Below are positions 52,988 through 60,378 of a stretch of DNA of 64,000 nt, in pieces; within the stretch, counting starts at the first letter, position 1, and every line of letters starts with the position of its first letter. Origin of the DNA: Dehalococcoidia bacterium (lineage in GTDB: Bacteria; Chloroflexota; Dehalococcoidia; DSTF01; RBG-16-68-14); the NCBI GenBank assembly GCA_040902195.1, contig JBBDXS010000014.1, positions 143,725 to 207,724 of the forward strand, read 5' to 3'. The translations under genes were made by a program, and so were the position numbers. The notes beneath the pieces were generated by a model. That model saw nothing but the letters and a program-made list of their open reading frames with translations. It was not told the origin of the DNA and did no database searches.

Positions 52988-54001
52988 ATGGAACATCGGC
53001 TACCCTCGATCGGTTTTCTACTAGCCGTCACGGCCGCTGGCTTGCTCGCCGTCGCGTCGCTGGCGTGCAGCGAGACCCCGTCCCAGCTCCGCGCAGTCAA
53101 GCGGCTGACGAGTAACGGCGAGCTGATGCAGATCGCCTGCTTCGACGTGAACGACGACGGCAAGGTCAATGCCGGCGACGCGGATACGAGCAAGCTGCCC
53201 GACTTCACTGGCGACGGGAAGGTCGACGAGGCTGAAACGAACATCGTGAGCGCGGTCGAGATGACCGTGGCGCAGGGCAAGCCCGCGAACTGCAACCGTG
53301 GCGACACGCCCGACTGGCTCGTGACGGAGGCGCCGGTGATCGACTGCTCTCCGGGCCAGACGGAAGTGCTGCTGTACGGCGTGGGCGGCGGCGCCGTCGA
53401 TCTGAAGAATCCGACGAACGCTGCCGGCGTGCGTTGGATGATGTACGAAATCGGCAAGCAGTTCGACGCTGCGGGGTTGCCGCATCAGATCTTGTCGGTC
53501 GCGCCGGGCCTGAACGGACAGGACAACGGCCAGCCGGCCTCCGAGGACTGGTCGACAGCCTACCTGACTGAGGAGCTGAACCGCGTCCCGTGCATGCGCC
53601 TCGTCTTACTCGGGCACAGCCACGGCGGTACGCACGTAACGGCGGTCGCATCGCGCCTCGAGGCGGCGGGCCTCGCGGACCGGATCACGCTCAACATCCT
53701 CATCGATCGGGTCGCCGATCTTTACTCCGGCGATGCAACGTCGCTGCCGCAACAGTCCACGACGGTGAACTACTACCTCCCGGCGAACGAGCAGTACCAC
53801 GGCGTTCCGTTCGAGCAGACGAACTTCGAAAACGTCGATGTGTCGGGCGAAGTGGCGCCGGAAGGGGGCGAGCAGGGTGGGAAGATCCTCCCCGCCGTCC
53901 ACACGACGATCGACAACTCGCCTTCGCTCCTCGACAAGATCGAGGCGCGCATCGCGCAGGCGCTCAGTAACGCCGCCTCGACGCCCACCGCGGCACCGTA
54001 A
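52988..54001 (+). CDS. Lipoprotein with dockerin/EF-hand-like Ca-binding pair and lipase-like GHSHGG elbow
   Basis: Signal/lipobox LLAVASLAC. DVNDDGKVNAGD and DFTGDGKVDEAE loops. LLGHSHGGTHV. Confidence 0.55.
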   Translation: MEHRLPSIGFLLAVTAAGLLAVASLACSETPSQLRAVKRLTSNGELMQIACFDVNDDGKVNAGDADTSKLPDFTGDGKVDEAETNIVSAVEMTVAQGKPANCNRGDTPDWLVTEAPVIDCSPGQTEVLLYGVGGGAVDLKNPTNAAGVRWMMYEIGKQFDAAGLPHQILSVAPGLNGQDNGQPASEDWSTAYLTEELNRVPCMRLVLLGHSHGGTHVTAVASRLEAAGLADRITLNILIDRVADLYSGDATSLPQQSTTVNYYLPANEQYHGVPFEQTNFENVDVSGEVAPEGGEQGGKILPAVHTTIDNSPSLLDKIEARIAQALSNAASTPTAAP

Positions 54002-55624
54002 CTACTCCAACGTCGCGCTTGCGTTCCAGATGCGGTCCAGGATCTGTTGCGCTTCCTCCGGATCGGCGAAGCGCGGCTGGTGCTCGTCGTAGATGTGCAC
54101 CGGATAGTACTCGATGCCCTTGAGCTGCGCGCCGAAGAACGACGCTTGCAGCACCGCTCCTTGCTGCGTCTCCAACGACCAGTCCTGATCGAAGACGAAG
54201 TTCCCCAGCGCGTACGCGACGAAGACGCCATCGATAACCTCGGCCGCCTCCACCCAGTGCGGGTGATTGCCGATCACGAGGCCGGCGCCGGCCTCGGCCG
54301 CGGCGGCGGCGAGTTGCCGCTGCCCGTCCGTAGGCTCCGTCTGGTACTCGATACCCCACTGTGGCATGACAACCACGACGTCGGCCTGCGCCGCCGCGGC
54401 AGCGATGTCTTCGCGCAGATATCCCTCGTTGAGCGGCGCCGTACCGGGCACGCCGGGCTCGGCGTGGTAGTAGGCTGCGATCTCGTCGTAGCCCAGGAAC
54501 GCGAAGCGCACGCCCTTCACCGTGAGGATGGCGGGTGTGCGCGCCTCCGCGAGGTCTGCGCCGCCGCCGACGGGCGCAATGCCGCGCGAGCGCAGGTTCT
54601 CCAGCGTGTCGAAGAAAGCCTGGTCGCCGCACGGACTCACACCGCAGTCCTTGACGTGGTTCGTCGCCACGGTGATCACATCGAAGCCCGAACGCGAGAG
54701 GCCGTCAGCGGCGGCGGAGGGCGCCATCAAGCTGAAGGTCTCAGTGCAGCCGAACGGCTCGTTCGCGTCGGAGAGCGAGGCGTCCAGGCTACCGGCCGTG
54801 ATGTCCGCGTCCGCAAGCCAGGGTGCGAGCGGCAGGAAGGCGTGCGTCAGGTCGCCCAGCGCTTCCATGCGCGCGAGAGCGCAGCGCACAGGCAAGATAT
54901 CGCCGGTGGCGCGCAGGACGATCGGGTCCGGCGCAACGACGCCGAGGCGCGCGGCGAGCTGCGGCACGACCACGTCGAGCTGATCAGCCAAGCCGCCACG
55001 CGCGCCAGCGTTGCGTGACACGTACGCGCGGTCAACGAGCGGATACGCGACGGGGTCCCCGACGCCGAAGACGAGACTCACACCATCGACCGCGAGCGTG
55101 CGCACGCGCACGTCGACGGCGTCGAGCGGGAGCAGCGCGAGCGCGGACGTGTCGGACGCGAGCGCGGCGGGTATGTCGGCGAGCGCAACGGGCTCGGCGA
55201 CGACGACCTGAAGGGTGGGGAACCAGGCCTGAACGGGAGGCGGCGGATCGGCGGGCACGAGGACACGGCGGCCACCGGCGAGCGCCTGCTCGAGAACGCC
55301 CAACGTGATCTCGCGGCCCTGGTACGGCAGGGCGACAGCGACTGCCCAATAGCGCGTGACAAACGATGCCGGCTTGTCGTTCATGGCCGTCGCGGCGACG
55401 ACGAGGTCGGCGGACGCGGGATCGAGCGCCGCTTGCGCTGTCGTCCCGCTCGCCGCGAAGAGAGACTGTGTTTCGCTGAGCGCGCGGCCGGCGAAGGCGG
55501 GATCGGAGAAGACAGCGACGATCGCGCTGTCGTTACTGCTGTCCTCGCCGCCGCCCGCCGAGCACGCGCCGAGCAGCAGCGCGAGCACGAGAAGTGCGAG
55601 AGCGCACGTTCCCCTACCCGACAC
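54002..55624 (-). CDS. CapA-family (PGA_cap metallophosphatase-like) lipoprotein with extra N-terminal domain
   Basis: GTG start. Lipobox LLLGACSAG. CapA core ATNHVKDCG, VVVMPQWGIEYQ, VIGNHPHWV, YALGNFVFDQ. ~200-aa N-terminal extension. Confidence 0.8.
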   Translation of the reverse strand: MSGRGTCALALLVLALLLGACSAGGGEDSSNDSAIVAVFSDPAFAGRALSETQSLFAASGTTAQAALDPASADLVVAATAMNDKPASFVTRYWAVAVALPYQGREITLGVLEQALAGGRRVLVPADPPPPVQAWFPTLQVVVAEPVALADIPAALASDTSALALLPLDAVDVRVRTLAVDGVSLVFGVGDPVAYPLVDRAYVSRNAGARGGLADQLDVVVPQLAARLGVVAPDPIVLRATGDILPVRCALARMEALGDLTHAFLPLAPWLADADITAGSLDASLSDANEPFGCTETFSLMAPSAAADGLSRSGFDVITVATNHVKDCGVSPCGDQAFFDTLENLRSRGIAPVGGGADLAEARTPAILTVKGVRFAFLGYDEIAAYYHAEPGVPGTAPLNEGYLREDIAAAAAQADVVVVMPQWGIEYQTEPTDGQRQLAAAAAEAGAGLVIGNHPHWVEAAEVIDGVFVAYALGNFVFDQDWSLETQQGAVLQASFFGAQLKGIEYYPVHIYDEHQPRFADPEEAQQILDRIWNASATLE

Positions 55625-57191
55625 GCCTGTCGATGCCCTGCCAGTACTGCTCGCGCAGGACGAACTTCTGGAGCTTGCCCGTCGCGGTGCGCGGCAACGT
55701 CTCGACGAAGTCCACGGACGTCGGGCACTTGAAGTGCGCGAGGTGCTCGCGGCAAAACGCGATCAGCTCGTCTTCTGCCGCCGGCATGCCTTCGCGCAGG
55801 ACGATCAACGCCTTCGGCGTCTCGCCCCACTGCTCGCTCGGCACGCCGATGACGGCGCATTCCAGCACGGCCGGATGTTTGTAGAGCGCGTCCTCGATTT
55901 CGGGGGAGCTGATGTTTTCGCCGCCGGAGATGATCACGTCCTTCTTGCGGTCGACGATGTGGATGTTGCCAAACTCGTCCCAAACCGCGAGATCGCCACT
56001 ATGGAAATAGCCGTCGTAGATGGCGGCGTCCGTCTCCGCGGGCTGCTCCCAGTAGCCCTTCAGCACAACATTGGAGCGCGCGCACACCTCGCCGATAGAC
56101 ACGCCGTCCTGCGGCACGGGGTTGCCGATGTCATCGAGCACCTGGATATCGACGCCGATGGCCTCGACGCCCGCGCGGGAGCGACGCGCGTAGTCACGCT
56201 CCTGCGTGTGGTGATCGGGCAGCGAGACGGTGAGGATCGGCGACGTCTCGGTCAGGCCGTAGATCTGCATGAACGTCCAACCCAGCTCGCGCTCGAGGCG
56301 CTCGACGAACGCGGCGGGCGGCGGCGCGCCCGCGATAGTGAAGCGGGGCTTCGTTGTGATGTTGTGCTTGTCTCTGTCCGCGTAGTTGAGGATCGCGGCG
56401 AGCACGGCGGGCGCCATGCACGCAAACGTCACGCCCTCCTGCTCGATCAGGCGGAAGATGTCGGGGCCGGAGACGGCGCGCAGCACGACGTGCGTCGCGC
56501 CCATGCCTGTCAGCGCGAAGGGGCCGCCCCAGCCGTTGGCGTGGAACATCGGCAGCGTCCACAGCTCAACGTCGTTGTGGCGGATGCCGAGGTGCGCGAT
56601 GAAGTTGTAAGCGTTGATGTAGGCGTTGCGGTGCGTCAGCATCACGCCCTTCGGCCGCGCCGTTGTGCCGGACGTGTAGTTGATCGATACCGTATCGTTC
56701 TCGTCCTGCTCGACCGGCGGCGTTGGCGTCGATGGCTCGTTCGCGGTCAGCGCCTCCCAGGAGACCCAGCCATCGGGCGCGGGGCCTTCGCCGCTCGCGA
56801 CGATGAAGTGCTCGACCGTGCTCAGCGACGGCCGGATCCCATCGACAACGTGGGTGTACTCGTGATCGGCGACGACGGCCTTCACACCAGCGTGGTTGAT
56901 GATGTACTCGTGGTCGGCAGCGATCAGGCGGTAGTTCAGCGGCACAAGGATCGCGCCGATCTGCGGCACCGCATAGTACGACTCGAGGAAGAAGTGCGAG
57001 TTCGGGCTGAGGATACAGACGCGATCGCCGGGCGCGATGCCGAGCGCGAGCAGCGCGTGGGCGAATCGATTGACGCGCTCCTGAAAGTCGCGATAGGTGT
57101 AGCGCCGGTCGCCGTCGACGATGGCGGTCTTATTGGGGTACAGCTTGGCGGCGCGACGGAGGAAATCCCCGACGAGGAGCGGCACTTCCAT
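55614..57191 (-). CDS. Acyl-CoA synthetase / AMP-dependent ligase
   Basis: Track ORF trimmed to ATG 57191 (AGGAGG SD). INYTSGTTARPKGVMLTHRN, YGLTET, GYFHSGDLAV, DRKKDVIISGGENI. Its 3' end overlaps the capA-like GTG by 11 nt. Confidence 0.9.
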   Translation of the reverse strand: MEVPLLVGDFLRRAAKLYPNKTAIVDGDRRYTYRDFQERVNRFAHALLALGIAPGDRVCILSPNSHFFLESYYAVPQIGAILVPLNYRLIAADHEYIINHAGVKAVVADHEYTHVVDGIRPSLSTVEHFIVASGEGPAPDGWVSWEALTANEPSTPTPPVEQDENDTVSINYTSGTTARPKGVMLTHRNAYINAYNFIAHLGIRHNDVELWTLPMFHANGWGGPFALTGMGATHVVLRAVSGPDIFRLIEQEGVTFACMAPAVLAAILNYADRDKHNITTKPRFTIAGAPPPAAFVERLERELGWTFMQIYGLTETSPILTVSLPDHHTQERDYARRSRAGVEAIGVDIQVLDDIGNPVPQDGVSIGEVCARSNVVLKGYWEQPAETDAAIYDGYFHSGDLAVWDEFGNIHIVDRKKDVIISGGENISSPEIEDALYKHPAVLECAVIGVPSEQWGETPKALIVLREGMPAAEDELIAFCREHLAHFKCPTSVDFVETLPRTATGKLQKFVLREQYWQGIDRRVG

Positions 57192-57276
57192 CCTTCGTCC
57201 TCCTATCGAATGGCGGTCAGGAGTATAGCACCTGCTCGTGGCGGGTTGGCAGCGTTTAGTGTACCTTCTGGGCGGT

Positions 57277-58407
57277 ATGAAACGCGCGCGGCTGCTCCTG
57301 CTCGCTGTGCTCTTCGCCGGACTGGCCGCAGCGCTCTCGTGCTCGTCCGGTGGCGGCGACGCGAACAACCCGCTGACGTTCGCGATGGAGACCGAGCGCG
57401 GGCCGTTCGGTGTCGGCGTGACAACGCTGGAGCTGTCCGACACGTCGCGCGACACCGAGGCGCACGGCGGCCTGCCGGCGCAAGAAGGCCGCAGACTGGT
57501 TACCGAGGTCTGGTACCCTGCCGACCCGTCGCTCGCAGAACCCGAAACGCGTGACGCCGCGATCGATCTTGAGGGCGGCCCGTACCCGCTCATCATGTTC
57601 TCGCACGGCTTTTCCAGCTCTCGAGTGCAGTCCGCACAATACACGCGCCACCTCGCCAGCCACGGCTACATCGTCGTCGCGCCGGACTTCCCGATCACGC
57701 GCGGTGGCACGGAAGGCGGCCCGCAGTTCATCGGCGTACTGAACCAGCCCGGCGACGTCTCGTTTCTCATCGATCAGTTCGTCGCGTTCAACGAGGACGA
57801 TGGCAACACGTTCGCGGGCGCGATCGATACCGATTCGATCGGCGCGACGGGCCACTCGATGGGCGCGTTTACGACGACGCTGCTCACGTACGGCGACATG
57901 CGCGACGACCGCATCGACGCCTCGCTGCCAATCTCCGGCACCGGCTGCTTTACGACTGACGACGATGTCGCCGGCGTGACGACGCCCGTTATGATGCTGA
58001 CCGGATCGAACGATCTCCTCGTCGCGCCCGGGACGAACCGTCTTGCCTACGACAAGGCGAACGCGCCGCGCTACTGGGTCGAGCTCGTCGGCGGCAACCA
58101 CATCCGGTTCGCGGACGTGGACCTCGATGACGCGATCGCACTCGAAGTCGTTAACCGCGCGCGCGGGGACCAGGCGAGCGCGCAGGACCTGGCCGGCAGG
58201 CTGGGCGCGAACATCACGTCCTGCACGACCGAGCCCTCGGGCGGCGATCCGGACATGACGTTCCAGCGACAGCAAGAGCTGCTGCGCGCGTTCGCCACGC
58301 CGTTCTTCGACGCGTACCTCAAGGACGACGGCGACGCGCTGGACTTCCTCCAACACGCCCTGCCAGACGAGACTGCCGACGCTCGCTTCGAGTTCGACGC
58401 GCCGTAG
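57277..58407 (+). CDS. Lipoprotein alpha/beta hydrolase (PAF-acetylhydrolase/lipase-like)
   Basis: Track ORF trimmed to ATG 57277. MKRARLLLLAVLFAGLAAALSCSS lipobox, IMFSHGFSSS, GATGHSMGAFT. Confidence 0.7.
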   Translation: MKRARLLLLAVLFAGLAAALSCSSGGGDANNPLTFAMETERGPFGVGVTTLELSDTSRDTEAHGGLPAQEGRRLVTEVWYPADPSLAEPETRDAAIDLEGGPYPLIMFSHGFSSSRVQSAQYTRHLASHGYIVVAPDFPITRGGTEGGPQFIGVLNQPGDVSFLIDQFVAFNEDDGNTFAGAIDTDSIGATGHSMGAFTTTLLTYGDMRDDRIDASLPISGTGCFTTDDDVAGVTTPVMMLTGSNDLLVAPGTNRLAYDKANAPRYWVELVGGNHIRFADVDLDDAIALEVVNRARGDQASAQDLAGRLGANITSCTTEPSGGDPDMTFQRQQELLRAFATPFFDAYLKDDGDALDFLQHALPDETADARFEFDAP

Positions 58408-58409
58408 CC

Positions 58410-58622
58410 CTAGCCTTCCTGGCGCGCGATCCTTCGTTGCACGGGCGCACAGCACGGCCCCTGCGTATGGATCGCCGCCGCCACGCGTGCCGCGATCGCG
58501 TGACGAAGCGATCTGCTCGAGCGGCGCGGCCGCAGCGGCGTGAGCGCCCAGCGGCGCTCCGCCTCGACAAGGCGCGCCTTTACTAACGTCTCTGCCACTT
58601 CCGGCGCCAATCGTTCCCACAT
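58410..58622 (-). CDS. Micro-ORF c (70 aa, basic, CC pair), hypothetical
   Basis: GGAGGA lies 7 nt before ATG 58622. MWERLAPEVAETLVKARLVEAERRWALTPLRPRRSSRSLRHAIAARVAAAIHTQGPCCAPVQRRIARQEG. The track gives a TTG-extended version (58410..58637). Confidence 0.35.
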   Translation of the reverse strand: MWERLAPEVAETLVKARLVEAERRWALTPLRPRRSSRSLRHAIAARVAAAIHTQGPCCAPVQRRIARQEG

Positions 58623-58714
58623 CACGTCGTCCTCCAAAAAAGAGGCTGGGGCGGGAAGCTGCCGTCCCCACCCCAGCCGTTCGAGCCGTTACCTGCCGGA
58701 GGCAGCGCATCCAT
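58622..58714 (-). CDS. Micro-ORF b (30 aa, Gly/Pro/Trp-rich), hypothetical
   Basis: GGAGGT lies 5 nt before ATG 58714. MDALPPAGNGSNGWGGDGSFPPQPLFWRTT. Its stop overlaps the ORF c ATG (TGATG). Confidence 0.3.
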   Translation of the reverse strand: MDALPPAGNGSNGWGGDGSFPPQPLFWRTT

Positions 58715-58733
58715 GCGCCACCTCCGGCAGTCA

Positions 58734-58859
58734 TCACCCGGCAGCCGGCGGCGCCACCGCCGACCGCAGGAGGTCTCGGTCAGGGAGGCGGCCCCCAACA
58801 AGGGTCATGTAGGCGATAAACCCGAGTAGGTCGGCGAACGACATCGATTGCTTGGCCAT
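58734..58859 (-). CDS. Micro-ORF a (41 aa, one hydrophobic helix), hypothetical
   Basis: GGAGGT lies 7 nt before ATG 58859. MAKQSMSFADLLGFIAYMTLVGGRLPDRDLLRSAVAPPAAG. Confidence 0.35.
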   Translation of the reverse strand: MAKQSMSFADLLGFIAYMTLVGGRLPDRDLLRSAVAPPAAG

Positions 58860-59016
58860 GGTTGCTACCTCCGGCTACGGACCTCTCTTCACAAGTCCAT
58901 CTTGCCATCGCCAGGTTACGGGCGGGTTATGGCCGTGTTACCCGTCGATGAACGTCACGCTACAGATGTCGGTCTCGCAGCTTGCGGCGATGTGGCCGGC
59001 GGCATACACTCGCGCC

Positions 59017-60378
59017 ATGCCGCGCGACGACCTGGTCCCTCCCGAAGCGCAGATCTACGCCTGGATCGAAGAGGTCTTCTCGCAGGGCGTCCGGCGCCCC
59101 GGATACCCGGCCGACCGCTGGGCGGAGCAGTTTTGTCTCGAGCAGTTTCGCTCCATCGGTCTGGAGAACGCGCGAGCGGAGCCGGTCGAGCTGCCGTACT
59201 GGGAGCCGCGCGCGTGGTCGCTCACCGTGCAACCACAAGGCGGCGAGGCAGTCTCGGTCCCCTGCTTCCCGCTGCCGCACGCCGCGCCGACGAACGGCCT
59301 CGAAGGAGATCTGGCAGCCTTCGACTGGCAGGCGCCGGACGTGCGGGGGCGCATCGCGCTGTGCGATGTGCGCCTCGGGCGGCTGCCGTACGCAGCGCTC
59401 GCGCAGCGCGCGACGTCGTGCTACGACCCTGACGGTTCCTTCGGGGACGGCGCGCAGGTACTTCCGTTCGGTCGCGGCGCGCAAGCGGTGATGGAGCCGG
59501 CGATCGAGGCCGGCGCGATTGGGTTCGTCGGCACGCTGACGGACTACCCGTCCGACTCGATGCAGTACTACGTGCCCTACGACGCTATCGAGCGGCCGCT
59601 CCCCGGCGTGTGGGTGCGCGGGAGCGACGGCGCGCGCCTCCGCGAGCTGCTGTCGCGTGGCAACGTGCGCGCGCGCATCGCGGTCGATTCCGTACGGCGC
59701 ATCGAGACCTGTTACAACATCGTCGGGGAGCTGGCCGGCGCGGACGACGAGACCGTGATCGTCGGCTCGCACCACGACGGCCCGTGGTCGTCCGCGGTCG
59801 AAGACAGCTCCGGCATCTCGCTCGTGCTGGCGCAGGCGACGTACTGGTCGCGCGTGCCGCAAGCGGAGCGGCCGCATCGATTGCTCTTTCTGCTGAACGC
59901 GGGTCACATGTGCGGCGGCGCCGGCGTCCACGCCTTCATCGATGCGCATCGCCAGGAGCTGGAGCGCGTCGTGCTGGAGCTGCACCTCGAGCACGCGGCC
60001 AACGAGTGCGGCGAGCGCGACGGTGCGCTGGTGGCGACGGGACAACCCGAGGCGCGCTGGTGGTTCACGAGCCGCATCGAGCCGCTCGAGTCCGCAGTGC
60101 GCGCGACGCTGGAGGCGGAGCAGCTCAGCCGCTCCTTTGTCCTGCCGCCGGACGCCTTCGCGCCGTGGCCGACGACAGACGGCGGACCGTTCCACGCCGA
60201 GGGCGTGCCGCTCGTCAACTTTCTGACCGCGCCGTTTTACCTTTTCGACGAGCAGGACACGCTGGACAAGATCCACCGCCCGAGCCTGGTGCCCGTGACG
60301 CGCGCGGCGGTCCGGCTCATCGAGTGGACGGCCGGCCAAACGGCGCGCGGGCTACGCGAGAACGTGCGAACGAGCTAG
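59017..60378 (+). CDS. M28-like Zn-peptidase-fold protein (divergent; PA-like insert)
   Basis: Track ORF trimmed to ATG 59017 (MPRDDLVPPEAQIYAWIEEVF...). VIVGSHHDGPWSSAVEDSSGISLVLAQA resembles the M28 H-D...D-x-x-S-G block. The usual Glu-Glu position reads NAGHMCG. Confidence 0.55.
   Translation: MPRDDLVPPEAQIYAWIEEVFSQGVRRPGYPADRWAEQFCLEQFRSIGLENARAEPVELPYWEPRAWSLTVQPQGGEAVSVPCFPLPHAAPTNGLEGDLAAFDWQAPDVRGRIALCDVRLGRLPYAALAQRATSCYDPDGSFGDGAQVLPFGRGAQAVMEPAIEAGAIGFVGTLTDYPSDSMQYYVPYDAIERPLPGVWVRGSDGARLRELLSRGNVRARIAVDSVRRIETCYNIVGELAGADDETVIVGSHHDGPWSSAVEDSSGISLVLAQATYWSRVPQAERPHRLLFLLNAGHMCGGAGVHAFIDAHRQELERVVLELHLEHAANECGERDGALVATGQPEARWWFTSRIEPLESAVRATLEAEQLSRSFVLPPDAFAPWPTTDGGPFHAEGVPLVNFLTAPFYLFDEQDTLDKIHRPSLVPVTRAAVRLIEWTAGQTARGLRENVRTS

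Noticed and set aside
58622-58714. Lasso-peptide or other RiPP precursor reading of micro-ORF b (GSNGWGGD could give a Gly1-Asp8 ring with an F/W-rich tail).
   Set aside because: The leader would be only ~9 residues and lacks the usual penultimate Thr. No lasso cyclase (Asn-synthetase-like), B-protein or other RiPP maturase is nearby. I kept it only as an unassigned micro-ORF.
59017-60378. Calling the M28-like protein an inactive pseudo-peptidase because the Glu-Glu position reads NAGHMCG.
   Set aside because: My alignment is by eye only. The family may be a distinct Zn-peptidase clan with different ligands, so I make no claim beyond 'divergent'.
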